The notes below the pieces were generated by a model. That model saw only the letters and a list, made by a program, of their open reading frames with translations. It was not told where the DNA came from and did no database searches. The position numbers and the translations under genes were made by a program. DNA of 64,000 bases, from the NCBI RefSeq assembly GCF_018977255.1, contig NW_024704743.1:23252001-23316000 (forward strand), given 5' to 3'. Positions 1 to 13,597 of this stretch are shown piece by piece. This DNA comes from Callorhinchus milii (taxonomy: Eukaryota). The first letter of the stretch is position 1. Each line of letters opens with the position of its first letter.

Positions 1-1464
1 TACGGAGTGGAGGCCGTGTGGAGTATAAACACTGGCATGCACTAATTAGGCCAAATGGTCTGTTTCTATGCTATACATCCTTTGTAACTCTTGAACTTCT
101 GTCTTCCTGGGCCAATGCGTTCTGTAGGGATTTTTTGTGCTGAAAAATAATAATAAAAATTATCCCTGTATTTATATAGTACCTTTCATGTTGGTAGGAT
201 ATTTCAAAGCTCAATACAGGAATCAAGGTGCTCAAACACCAGGAATAGCTTGATCCCTGTAATAGTAATCCTAACCTGCTGAAATCATGTCAGTGAGTAT
301 CAGAGTCACCTGATGATGAGATTTCCATTCTTATAAACTCACTAAACAAAACAAATTCTTGGCGACTCTTTGTATCATGAAACACGGAAAGATGTTAACC
401 TGTTTCAAGTAACAATGGGTATAATGTAGTTTGTTTAGTGTTCACCCCGTGATATGATGGGTGTACTCTGAGACACTATCTTGCTTGAAGGGCACTATAT
501 AAATCCAAGTTGCCAGGTTAGAGAGGGGCAAAATTCAAATAATGACCCCACTCACAATCACAACCCAGTGGTATCATTGTAGGTGAGAGTGTGGACGCAG
601 GGGAATAGATCGATATTTGCCAATGATGTATCAAGGCTTGAAAGACCCCCTGACAATCAATTCTAGGCTCATATATGAAGCATTGCCACTTCAATAAAGT
701 ACCATAGTGTACTCAATACACATAGAAAAGTACCCAGCACAAGACAAGAGAGAAGGTAAGAAAGGGTGGCAGGAAAGATACAGTGGGGAGGAGAGAGGGG
801 TAGGGAAAGGAGTTTGAGGGAGGGAATTAGAGCTCAATAATACTGAAATGGTTAAACAATTAATAAATATTTTTACCATTCACATTTTAATGATGAAATA
901 TTTAAAATACCGCTTCAGGAAAATTAAAATTTAGCACATATTCATTTTTATTGCTTGCTTCCTAATGCTCAAACAAATTTAATTTAGCATTTATTTAAAA
1001 TCTTTTAACAATTAAACATTCAATGTATTAACATTCTTGAATGTTTTATTTTGTGCTTATTAATCTGCCAAGTATAAAATCAAATCAATATAATTCAGAT
1101 GCATATTTTAATTTACAAAAGAACCCCCAGGCCATTCAGATTATTACTAGACTTTTAAAGTATGCATTCAATTAACAGTTACAAATGAATCATGGTTCCT
1201 TTTGTGGCAATTGTTTTGTTCCAGGAAACCTACAGTTCATCATCATCCCAACTATATTGTTTCTATGAGTCTAATTCAACCAAGTTGTCACTTAAAACTC
1301 CTAAAATCCCTCTCATTTAACAATTCATTTGCAAACTGCATGATGACAATAAGTCACAAAAGTATTCCATCAACTGGAACTACTCACCATCTTTCAGGTC
1401 ATCACAAGGCTGTCAAGTAAAGTACGTTGTTTCAAAATAACAGCAGTTTACACAAAAGTCTTTA

Positions 1465-1790
1465 AAATACTGCAGATGCTGGAAATCTGAAATAAAAACA
1501 GAAGTCACTGGGAATACTCAGTGGGTCAGGCAGCATCTACGGAGAGAGGAAAGTGAGTTAATGTTTCAGGTCGATGACTTTTCATCAGAACTGGGGGATG
1601 TTGGAAAGGACCAACTTATAAGGATAAATCGAGAAGGGCGTGAGGAAAGAAAACAAAAGAAAAATTAAATGGAGGATCAGAGGTGGTGATGGTGCAAGAC
1701 AAAACAACAACAACAAATTACATTTGAATAGCACCTTTCACGTCAGGAAGATGACCCAAGAAGGGAATAGTGGGAGATTATAACAACAAT
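1465..1790 (-). mobile_element. Penelope-like 3' terminal fragment
   Basis: Homologous to 45321-45520 (AAATACTGCAGATGCTGGAAATCTGAAATAAAAAC...GGTCAGGCAGCATC). Interrupted by a short L2 tail at ~1703-1760. Confidence 0.8.
1556..1592 (-). ncRNA. Minimal type I hammerhead ribozyme motif (PLE-associated)
   Basis: Minus strand reads AGTT-CTGATGA-AAAGTC-ATC-GACCT-GAAA-CA-TT-AACT: core boxes, stem II with one mismatch, stem I AGTT/AACT. Confidence 0.65.
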
Positions 1791-3249
1791 AATAATAATA
1801 ATAATAATAATAATCCTTGCAAACAGTCATGGATTGATTGACCAAATTATTATTATTATTTTGTTTAGCAATTAAATAATAATCTTTGCATTTGCTATAG
1901 TGCCTTATTACCTAGCATAATCTAGCACAATCAGTCAATTGGCAGATCACTTTTCCGGGGGATAATAATCTCTTCAAACAAAGGAAAAAAAATGTATTCA
2001 CTCAATCCACGACTGGCTGTCGCGTTTCGCCCACAAAATATACAGTCAATTCATTTTACAGTATATTTTGTGAAGTGCTTTGAGACGCCTCGAAGATGGG
2101 ATAAGGCGCTATATCAAGTGCAAGGAATATTATTATTATTATAAATCTGCCTTGTGCTCCTAGTGTGAGTAGTTGAAAGGCATCATAAGTTTCATCACAT
2201 GCAATAATTCACTTTTCTTTCTCTGATGAATTCTTGTGATCTTTTGTTTCCAGCTGCATAATGGATGGAATGAGTTATTGCCTGTAAACACACATTGCTA
2301 AACCAAATACAGTACCTTTCAGCAATTTCAATTTCCGTGCTTCTCATTAAGATGAAAATTAGAGATTGTTGAACATTTTTCAATCTGCAGCTATGTTGAG
2401 ATAAGCACTTTGAGTTTGTAAGCCACACTTTAGTCTAATGTTGTAATTTGTTAACACCCAGCAAAACACTTAGCAATCACTAAACAAAGCACATGAAACA
2501 TCACAAAGTCCAGACTATGGGAAACAATAATTTACAATAATAACAGGACTAATGCATAAGCACACACGTTCATTGCAGAATTTCCAAACTAGTCAAGACA
2601 AGTCAATCTATAGCAAAACAAAAGAAAATCGTTAACGCTGTAGGAAAATCATATTGGGGCAAAATGTACAAGCTATGACTCAATCCATGTAATAACTATC
2701 ACCAGGAAGGCATTGGCAAACGCCACAAATTTTGCCCCATTCCTCACTAGTTTTTCTCTTCAAATTTCTCTCCTTTCATCTTAAAACTATTTAGCTTTTT
2801 TACCTTTTTACATGCTCCCTTGTCAACCCGCCCCACCATTCTGCCTACGCGCTCTGATACTTCATCGTGGAGTCTCTCTGCCTTGCCCCCTCCCTTCAAA
2901 ACCCACGTAAGACCTATCTTGTTGACTGTGTTTTTAAGCACCTTCTTCCCCCTCTTCCCTCATCTCCCGCCTCCTCCATGGCTTGGGCTGTCAGTCAGCC
3001 ATGCAATATGAAAAATCCTATATAAATGTAAATTATTGTATCCATTTTAACTTTGTTAATAAGTCAGACTTTATTTTCACCACGCATACCAGAGGGAACA
3101 TGGCTTTCAAAACACTAGATAACACATCAGATATGTTTTAGGAATTACAGACTTAATATTTAAAGAATTAATTTGGAAAACAAATTAAAATAACCCAATT
3201 ACAAGAATTAAAAAAAACCTGTTATGTATCTATAACAACCATAACTAGT

Positions 3250-3900
3250 GTCAGCTTGGCTCAATTGATAGCACTCTCGCCTCTCGATTGTGGGATCAAG
3301 TACCAAAATAATAGTCACAAGCTATTCATGCATGCTGACACTCCAATACAGTGCTGGGGTTTTATTGCATTGCTGCAATGCTTTCCTTCGATGAGACATT
3401 AAACTGACACCCTGTCGGCCTGTTCAAGTGGACATTAAAGATCCCAGAGCACAATTCAGAAATAGTAGGGAAATTTGCTCAGTAGCCAACAACCCCCCAT
3501 ATAAAATACATCATTCACTTTATGACTGTTTATGGAGTTTTGCTGTGTGCAAATTTGCTTCAGTGTTTGTCTGCAAATACGCAATCATTCCACTTTACAG
3601 TAAAATCCTGATAAGTTCTTTGAGGCATTTTGACAATGTGTGTCAGCCTGGGTCAGTGACAGCATTCTTGCCTCTGAGGAAAAAGGCTGTGGGTTCAAGT
3701 CCCACATCAGGATGTGGAATCGCATAATCTAAGCTGACAGTCCAATGCGATACTGGTGGTGTATTGCATTGTCGATGGAGCCATCCTTCGGATGAAACGT
3801 TAAACCGATGTCTCATCTGCCTATTCAGGTGAGCGCTAAAGATCTTATGGCTTTATTCGAAAAAGGAAGGGAGTTACTCCCGTTATCCAGGCCAACAACT
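3250..3900 (+). mobile_element. Two tandem old SacSINE1-like Deu-SINE copies
   Basis: GTCAGCTTGGCTCA...GATGAGACATTAAAC...GTGGACATTAAAGATCCC occurs at ~3250 and again at ~3640. Confidence 0.72.
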
Positions 3901-3954
3901 ACCTCAAATAAAATTGATATCAAATGCAAGAAGTATTATTGTTAACGTGATAAG

Positions 3955-4200
3955 ACGTTGTCTGACACATGCCGAAATCCAGCATCATACATAAGAGTAT
4001 CCAAACCAGACTGGGAGTTCCATACATGTAATTCCAGAGAGTCTTTGATGCAGGTTGGCAAGATCCAGGGGTTGAGGAACCCAGAATGTGTGTTGGGGTA
4101 CTGATGGAGTTTAAGCAGCTAGAATCGTGCACCCTGGAAACACAGGCAAGCTTCCAAAGCATTCATCCAGTTCCACATCGCCACAGAACAACTTGAATTC
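3955..4200 (-). repeat. Unclassified interspersed repeat (copy C, partial)
   Basis: Minus strand GAAGCTTGCC...CCCCAACACACATTCTGGG..TCTTGCCAACCTG..TTTGGATACT..GTCAGACA matches copies A and B. Confidence 0.65.
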
Positions 4201-4565
4201 TTTCCCTCCACACATATTTCCTCTCATCAAGTCCCAGCGTCAGCTCCTCAGAAATCATTATGGTCCCATAGAGCATTTGTTCATTTTGCCTGAAACTACC
4301 TCCACATCCACCAAAGGATTATCCAGTTCATTTTGAAGTAGCAAAGTGGACAATATATCAGCCAAAAATAAATGAGAATTTTCACACAAAAAGGGATCTA
4401 GAAAAGGGTCCTAAAGGAGGAAGAATGTACATGGGAAGTAATTTTCTAAATAAATTAATCCTCTAACTGGATAATGTGAATTTGAAAACACTGCACTCAC
4501 ATTCCCTGCATTAATTATAAATTCCAGTTTATAATTAAAAATTTCAGGCATTGCTTCTACATTTT

Positions 4566-5010
4566 GTGTCAGCCTGGCTCCGTTGTTAGGACTTTCGTCT
4601 CTGAGGCAGAAGGTTGTGGGTACATCCCTCATGTCAGGAGCACACATAGTCCAGGCTGATACTTCAATGCAGTGCTGGGGATGTGTTTCATTGTCGCAGA
4701 TGCCATCCATCGGATGAGATGTTAAATCAGGTGGACGTTAAAGATTCCATGGACTATTCAAAAAGTGAAGGGAGTTTCTCCCAGTGTCCTGGCCAACAAA
4801 TCCGCCAAGATAAATTTGGTTATTCACTTCATGGCTGTTTGTGGGACATTGCTGTGCACAAAACTGTCTGCTCTGTTCGCCCACAAACAATGTTCCAATG
4901 CTTCTACAATCACTGGACTTTTACAGTATATCCACTTTTACAATATATGGAGCACTTTGGGACGTCCTCCCAAAATGAATGATGCTATGTATACCAAACA
5001 TAAGGATTTT
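4566..5010 (+). mobile_element. Old SacSINE1-like Deu-SINE
   Basis: TCTGAGGCAGAAGGTTGTGGG head, GGCTGTTTGTGGGACATTGCTGTGCAC core, L2-type tail. Confidence 0.75.
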
Positions 5011-5141
5011 AATATTATGTTTGCTACAAATACCTAAAAACATGAATCATGAAATCCAGCAAAGATTGTTGTATTGAACATTTTGTAAGACTCTTTGGGT
5101 CTTTTCTGGGCTGAGAAATTATCCGAATGCTAACTGAGTGC

Positions 5142-5912
5142 TGTAACCGTGACTAGTTTTTTCACAATTGTAAGGGTTAATTAAATTTGTGACCCTGCGG
5201 TGAAGTAAGGACTGACATGTGCAAAAATAGAAATGTTTATTAATTTAGATTAATAATGGTTATAAGTAATTGAAAGAATACATCCAATTATGCTTACGTA
5301 TCCCCGTATGGTTCACAACGATTTAAGTTGATGAAACCAAATGACGTGGAAGAGATAGAGGAGCAATGTCCAATTTAATGTCCATTTTAATGTGTCCTTT
5401 TTAATCCAAATATATGTCCATCAAAAGATATCCAAGCATGGTTGTACATTTCTCAGTTTGATTACCCAAAAGTAAGTATCCAGGTATTATGGCACATCCA
5501 ATTCTATTATGGTACATCCAATATCCAGGTATTATGGCAGGTCCAATTCAATCCATTCTTCTTCCTCAATTCTTTCTCTAATTCTCTTTCCGAATCGCTC
5601 TCCCTTTATACAGTTCGTTAGGTGATCTTTCACCTATTGCTTTTTGCAAGCTGGTTCCTTTGTGAAAAAATATACAACCCAGCTCTCTCTCTGGCTGCTA
5701 ACAATTTTTCCATGAGAAATGACTGATAAGGACTGAAAACAGTTTGTTGTTTATAAACAGTCTTGTTTCTTCTGCAAAGCTAGTCACAACCAGCTCCCAT
5801 CATATGAGATTGATCATATATCTCAAACATATAAGCATCGCAAACATAATTTGAGATATTATTTAACACATTAATTACAGAACATTATTACAATCCGTGG
5901 GTTAAGGTTACA
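5142..5912 (-). mobile_element. Possible LTR, different family
   Basis: TGTAACC...GGTTACA inverted termini and a minus-strand AATAAA at ~5236. No TSD found. Confidence 0.45.
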
Positions 5913-6983
5913 AACGTAAACCCACTTTTATTACTGTAATTCACATAAAATCGGTACTATTCTCCTCCATCGTTTTCACTGCATTCGATCTCTAATCTAT
6001 TTTAACATATTTATAATTCTTAATTGTTCATAAAAATAATTTTACATCAAAAGCATTTTTTTACTCTGATGCATAATCCAACAATTACAGTAAATCATTA
6101 TTAATACATATATAAATAAAAATAATTTAGCAAGGTTATACATAAATTGTATTACCACAAAAAATAAAATATTACTTCAGTGAGTGGTCCTTTTTTTACG
6201 AGCTTCTTTTCTTTCAAAATATCACCTTCTAAAATTCTCAATAAATATATCCATATCTGATTTGTCTAAACATCATTTATTTAGCAAGGTTATACTGGAA
6301 TACACAAAATAAATGATATATAAAATAAATCAGAATAAATCAAGTTATATTAAGATAATTGACATTTATACCAATTAAAACTACTAAAATGTGAATGTAT
6401 TTGACATTATTGATTAGTGTGCTTTTCTCTCTTATACCTGTCAATGTTTACTCTACCCTATCGTTTCGCGTTCGTATCACGTGTCCCAAATTATTTGGTC
6501 TTATCTGTAATTCTATGTAGACCCCATATTCTTAACTATTCCTCACTTTGTTTATCTTCTACCTTGCAATTATTCAGTACATGTGGAACATGGGTAAGAT
6601 CTGGTTTATACTCTGTGTCCAGAACAAAGTCAGACCTACCACAGTACAACAGGCATGAAACCACAACCTTCTGCTCCAGAAGCAAGAGTACTACCAACTG
6701 AAACAGTCAGTTGTCTGTATCTCACGACAGAGGACAAGAATTTAAGACTTCCATCCACTGCAAAATAGAACATGGCCTAAATTTAAAAAATTAGGCTTCA
6801 CACTTCATTCGCTCCAGAAAATGTTTTTCTGATTGAGTTGTTCTAGAATTCAAACCTTTCTCATTGTTTTCTCATTACTTTTTCTTCTCTTGATAACGGA
6901 TGTGCAACTTACTCTTAGTTTGGAATTTATATCGGAATCCTTGTATTTAATATTGTACCTTTCACACTAGCAGAACCTGTCAA

Positions 6984-9900
6984 CAACAACAACAATAACT
7001 TGCATTTATATAGCGCCCTCAACGCCGGATGGCGTCTCAGAGCGCTTTACAGTAACGGATCCCGGGGCCGAGCCAGGGGGAGGGGAGGAAGGTGACCAAA
7101 AGCGCGATCGAAAAGAAAGGTCTTCGGCAGAGAGCTGAAAATAGGAAGAGAGGGAGCGAGGCGAAGGGAGTGAGGAAGGAAGTTTTAGAGCCTCGGGGCA
7201 TAGTGGCTGAAGACACGGCCACCGAGGGTGGAGCGGAGGACTCAGGGACAAGGAGGAGGCCGGACAGGGGGGAACGAAGGCAACGGGTACTGTTTTGAGG
7301 AGAGAGGAGGTCAGAGAGCTAGTGGGGTGCAGAGGAGTGGAGGGATTTGAATACAAGGATGAGGATCTTGAAGTCGATCCTCTCTGGGACAGGCAGCCAG
7401 TGCAGTCTGGCAAGGACTGGGGTGATTGGGGAGCGGAGTGTTGTGCGGGTGAGAATGCGGGCGGCAGAGTTTTGAATGGTCTGGATTTTATGGATGGTAG
7501 TGGAGGGGAGACCGGCGAGGAGGGCGTTAGAGTAGTCCAGAGGTGACAAAGGCATTGACCAGGGTTTCAGCGGCTTTTGGAGAGAGGTATTGGCAGAGAC
7601 GGGCGATGCGTCGGAGGTGGAAGAACGCTTTGCTGTTGAGGAACCAGATGTGGGGGAGGAAGGATAATTGGGGGTTGAACCTGACGCCTAGATTGCGCAC
7701 GGGTTTGGAGAGTTTTAGGGGGAGGTCGGGTAGGTGGAGGAGGTGAGAGCCATGAGATTTTAGATGTTGACGAGAGCCACAGAGTATGGCTTCCGTCTTG
7801 TCAATGTTCAGCTGAAGGAAATTTGCGCTCATCCGGCCCTTGAGATCTGACAGGCAGGCTGAGAGAATATCAGGGGACTGGGGATCACAAAGAGAGGTGG
7901 AAAAATAGTATTGGGTGTTGTCCGCAGACATGTGGAAATGTACCCCATGTCTGTGGATGACATCCCCAAGAGGGAGCATGTAGATCAGAAAGCGGAGGGG
8001 GCCAAGGACGGATCCTTGGGGTACCCCGCAGGTGACCAGGTGAGAGCGGAAGGAGAAGTCGTTTGTGCAGATGTATTGCTGGCAGTTTGTGAGGTAGGAT
8101 TCGAACCAGGCGAGTGCGGTCCCACTGAGGTGGATGACAGAGGAAAGGCAGTGGAGGACGATGGCGTGATCGACTGTGTCGAACGCAGCGGAGAGGTCCA
8201 GGAGGACAAGGAGGCAGAAGAGCCCTGGTCACAGATAGAGAGGATGTGGTTTGTGACTTTCACAAGCGCAGTCTCTGTACTGTGGGCGGAAACCGGACTG
8301 GAGGGGTTCGAAGAGGGAATGGGAGGAGAGGTGTACGCAAAGTTGATTGGCAGCAACGCATTCTAGGATTTTGCGAGGGCGGGCTGGTTAGAAATGGGAT
8401 ATTAGTGGCTGGGGTTTGAGGGGTCCAGGAAAGGTTTTTTGAGGAGGGGTGTGATGACAGCAGTTTTGTGGGGGGCAGGGACTGATCTGGAGGAGAGGGA
8501 CTGGTTGATAGCATCAGCCAGTAGTGGGCAGAGGAGGGGGAGCTGGGTGACTAGCATGTTGATGGGAAGAGGCTCGAAGCAGCAGGTGGTGGGTTTCATG
8601 GAGGTGATGGTGGGTGGCAGGGGGGAGGGAGAGATGGGGAGGAAGGAATGTAGGATGGAGGTGGTAGGAGCAGATGATAGGGAGAGTGAGGGGTACAGAG
8701 AGGGGGTGGTGGTGGGTGACAAGAGCAGGAGGATGAGGCTGCCTGGCAGATGTTGTGAGTTTTAGATGAAAAGAAGTCCATGACCTCCTTGCACTTGGCA
8801 TTTGATATGAAGATTGAGAAGCTCCAAGGGGTGGCATGGAGGAGGTAGTGGATGGTGGAAAATAGGATTTTAGGGTTGTGTTTAGCCTCCAAGAAGATTT
8901 GGAGTAGAAGGCTATTTTTGCTTGTCAAGGAAACGGCGGTAGCTGTGGCGATGCTCGAGGCACAGTTGGTGGTGAACTGTCAAGGCAATTTTTCCACCAT
9001 CTGCGCTCAAGCAGCCGGGTTTGGATTTTTAGGCGGCGGAGATGGTTGTTGTACCAGGGGGATCGGGTGGGTTTGGAGATGGTCCTGGATTTCAGGGGAT
9101 GAGGGAGTTGAAGTTGGAGGAGAGGCGATCATGGAACAGCTGGATGGCTGCTTCAGGATCTCCGTGGGTAGAAGGCCAGAGGGATAGGATGTTTGATGAT
9201 GTGAGGGCTTTTGTGAGGGTCTCAGGTGGTAGCCTTTTCCAAGGGCAGTAGAGGATGGTTGAGGACTTGGTGGAGGAGAGAGGGATGAAAACGTGGTCCA
9301 AGATGGCCTTGTCCACTATGCTGAGGTCAGAAATGTCAAGGCCATGGGTGATAATGAGGTCAAGGGCATGACTACTGTTGTGGGTGGGTGATTTTATATG
9401 AAGGGTGAGGTTTAGGGAGGAGAGGAGGGCAGTGAAGTCAGCAAAAGTAGTGCAAGGGGTGTTTAGGTGGAGGTTGAAATTGCCCATTATGAGCAGGTGC
9501 TCGGAGCAGAGGGACAGGGAAGAGAGGAGAGTAGAGATGTCTGTGTGGAAGGAGCCGGGGGGCTTATGGGTGCGGTAGACAAGGAGGATTTTCAATGGGA
9601 GAGAGGAGTGGAAGAGGGTGAGGTTCTTGAAGGGAGGGAAGCAGCCAGAGGAGTAGGGGATGAGACCAAGGGAGGCTTTGGAAATGAAGGCCACATTGGT
9701 TTGGATGGGGTGTATGGTGGAAGGTGTAGCCTGGAGGGGAGGCTTCCACGAGTGGGACGCAGTCATTGGGGGAGAGCCAGGTTTCGGTGAGCCCAAGAAT
9801 GTCAAAGTGCTCTTCCAGGATGAGATCGTGGATGGTGAGGGCTTTATTTGAGAGGGAACGGACGTTTTGGAGGAAAATGAGGGTGGGTTTGCTGGAGGGA

Positions 9901-10489
9901 GGGGAGGGAGGGGAGGATTTTGAGGTGTACAGGAGAGATGGTTCTGGAGCATGGTGTGAGTGGAGAGTTGGGGAGGGTATGTATAAGGAAGGGGGAGTTT
10001 GGTTTGCCTTAAAGAGGCAGTTTGAGTGGAGGGAGTGAATGATTGGACACGCGGGATTGCTGCTCTGGAACAGCCATTGCCGGGAGCCACGATGGGCCCG
10101 GCGGAGGATGCCCAGGCGGGAGCAGAGGGAAGTGATGATGGGGTTGAGGAGAGAGAGAAGGTGGGGAGGGCAGTGGGAGAGGACAGAGGGGGAGTAGCGG
10201 ATAGAGGGGGGGTGGGAGGAGAGACATAGAGGGGTGGAGGGGGAGGCTCGGGTCGGGGCGGCAGCCAAAACGTGCACGCAGAGACTGAGAGCGAGTGATC
10301 AACGGGATGGCATCAGCCCTCAGGCTCAGCCTCCCAGGTCATGGCCGGGATGGCAGTGGCAGGGGCTGCCAGGACATTGTTGTTGTTGTTGTTGCTGTTT
10401 TTTTTTTACTGTGACGTCACGCCGACGTCACTTTGTGAATCGCATCCCCCGTGCCCTCACTTACCTCACTCTCCTGACTCCGCTTCCGA
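6984..10489 (-). mobile_element. L2-clade LINE, apparently full-length, frameshifted ORF2 (APE endonuclease + RT)
   Basis: QNVRSLSNK..DILGLTETWL (endonuclease); HSTETALVKVTN, PQGSVLGP, LQLNIDKTE, YSNALLAGLP..QNSAARIL..LHWLP (L2 RT and C-terminus); (GTT)n tail at ~6984; CTGTCAA duplicated at 6977-6983 and 10490-10496. Confidence 0.92.
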
Positions 10490-12206
10490 CTGTCAAAGCA
10501 TTTCCCAGGATTTACTGTAAACTGTAGTGATTGTGTGTTGAGAATATTTGTGAAGCACTTTGCGATAAGCATTCTATGTGAAAGCCGCTATACAAGTTTC
10601 AATTGCTGTTGTCCTCCTCTTGGATTGCCTTGTATGATGAAAACTCTTTCTATCATTTCACTCTCAGTCAATTGCCCATCAGCGGTTTCTATAGAACCAC
10701 AGAACCATAGTAATTTATATCTCCGAACGAGGCTATTCAGCTCATCATATTTGAGTTTACTCTCTGAAAGAGCTTCCCACTTACTTCAATTCTCCTGCCT
10801 TTCCCTGTATCATTTTATATTTATGAATAATTGTGACTTCCCTGGACCTTCTTAGGACCTTCTTCTCCCACCCTCAGTTCAGGTGGAAATCCTGAACTGT
10901 CCATAACCTTGGGACGTCCTCCCGACTTGAAGAGTGCTATATAAATATAAATTTATTCTTGTTCTTGTCCACCTCAATCCTATGAAGAGGCTTCTTCAGC
11001 CTCACCATTCTGACCCTGATGAAAGATCACACTTGAACCATTAACCCGTCCTTCTCTGTCAGGTTCCAGTTAACTGTACTTAATTCAACATTCCCAGTTT
11101 TTCTTTTTATCGCTTCAAAATGTCATGCTGTTGTTCCATGTGAAGAGCTGATCAAATGGAAATGTGACAGTTATAGAAAATCAGCACTGGGAATAAAGTT
11201 TACTTGTATTTTTATAACATCTTATTATACTGAAACACTCTCAGAGTGTTTATAGGTAACAATATGTCCTGGTTATAATGGGGTGTTTGGGTTCGATAAA
11301 TTCCCATCCTATGTTACAGGGAGACATGTTACAACAACAACAATTTCACACAAGGTAGAGTCTCAGGGGTGCGACACGAATAGCGGGGGAGGGAAAAGAC
11401 AGAGGAGGAGATAACCACAGGTGCGGTCGATAGCAGGTTTAACTGGTCCTATGCGCAACCACCAAGTATTGTAACTGGTCAATTTCTGCGCTAAGAGAAT
11501 GGCTGACTTCTGGGTGATCAAGTCATCTCGACAAAGCTTCTTGTTTTCTGTATATGCACAGCAGGACGTGACATTGGCGGTAACCTGATGACCTGGGTGT
11601 TGATTTTTTTTTCATTGTGAGAAGCAAAAAGTGGCTGATTTTCATGTCATTAAGTCACAGCTGATGCCACTCACAGCTTTGGACATGTGCAGCAACGAAA
11701 GAAGTGATAAACAGCAACCTAATGAACTGGAAATCAGCTGTAAAAGCCAGCTGGTGCAAGGCAGGACACATGTACATGCTTCGCAGGGGCCTCACTATAA
11801 GCAAATTCACGCTATAATGAATCGCATTACAGCGGGGCTACACTGAACTATGAAATGTAGTAGAAATTATGTCTGCCAGTTACAATATTCAAACAGGAAT
11901 GAGGTGAGTGATCAATTTTACCCAGAGGAATTAAAACCAGGAGAAACTCCTTTCTTTTTGCCTTCAAATGCGTTATCTTTAACATCACCTGAATCGGCAG
12001 ACAGGATCTGATTGCAAATGTCGCATTCAAAACCCAATACTTCTAACATTGCAGTGCTCTCCAGTCCTGCAGGTTCGTGTCAACCTAAATTGTGAACACA
12101 ATCCTCACAATGAATTTGAACCCACGACCTTCTAACCTGGAGGCAAGAGTGCTAAAAGCTGAGCCAGGCTAAAAGAATCAGATGCCAATGTTGAACCAGG
12201 ATTTAT

Positions 12207-12547
12207 GGAGTCCCATAGCTTAGTGGTTAGTGCACTCGCTTCATAAGCGAAAGGACCTAGGTTTGATTCCTGAGCAGGGCAAAACGTTGGGCAAGTTTCC
12301 TTACTCCACACACCTTTGTTTATCTAGTACTAGAACCTGGTTGCTGGTCGATTGGCAATCACTTTTCCAGGGGTAATAATCCCTTCAAAAAAAAGGTCAC
12401 TCAATCCACAACTGTTTGTGAGACACTGCTGTGCGCAATTGGTTGCCATGTTTCATCAATTCACTTTACGGTATATTCTGTGAAGAGCTTTGAGGTCTCA
12501 AAGATGTGATAAGGCACCTTATCAACTGCAAGGATTATTATTATTAT
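12207..12547 (+). mobile_element. Young tRNA SINE, full-length
   Basis: Same head, core and tail as 37897-38218. Confidence 0.87.
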
Positions 12548-13597
12548 ATTGTGTTTTTGGCATGTGAATTGCTGCAAAATTACACAATGATTCACCACAA
12601 ACAGTGCAGTGTGCAGTGATGACCCAATGACCCAGAAGTTGGCAGTGCAAGCAAGCCATTAATGTCTTATTAATCCTTTACACATCTGTCAGCAACCTTT
12701 CTTGTTTTGACATGTTTTATGCCTCATAGATTGACTTAACAATGTTTATGATGTGATCACGTCAAGTCGCAGTTCCCTAGATATTTGTGAAATAACGTTT
12801 GGTGCTGGCTTTCAGTCAGCAAAAGTGCATTGATTTGTAGGTTGTTGCCACCTGGATGATGGATGTCAGGAGGAAGAAGCAACAGAGAGAGTAAAAGGTT
12901 TAAAGTTAGGGGTTTTATCCTTACTGTAATGATTCTCACAACTCAGATGAAGAGGGTAACTATTTTATTCTCAGCTCAAATAATGCAAAACTTCCACGTC
13001 ATCAGGTCACTGCAACAAAGTCATACAGCCCTCCAATCATAAATCCACACCAGTCCTTCTCCCAAAATCTCTTTTTATACTTCCTGCTTTTTTTCATTGG
13101 CTCCAAGTTAATGGTCTATTTCCTCTTAAAGGGTTAACCAACACAGAGTTGGGGGGGAAAAGATAGAGAAAGAGTTAGATTTGATTATATAAGGTGGAAC
13201 TGCTGTTTGATATGGTCACACCATAGATGTTGTTTAGTCAAACTCTGAGATATAATATATGTTAAATCCCTTAGTACACTGACAATTTATCCAGACACAA
13301 TCTTTTTGTGATGTTGATGACTTGACGTGATAAGTTGCGATAATGATTCCAAAAGTACATCATGAAGGGCTCTATTTTTACTGTTTCTAATACATTTTGT
13401 TTCAAAGACAAATCTAATTATATGTAGACACACCTATGCTAGCATTCACAGCCTGACCTTTACGTTGACTGTAAAACTGGCCTGTAAATCAAGAGCAATA
13501 TAAAAGACTTGTTTTATGAAACTCCTGATATCTAGGCCCTTTACCCTCTAACATTAAAACCATTTTTAGTGTTATTAGCATATGCCAAATTTACATT

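Noticed and set aside
7092..10527. Many plus-strand G/E/R-rich ORFs
   Set aside because: They are antisense shadows of the C-rich L2 coding strand.
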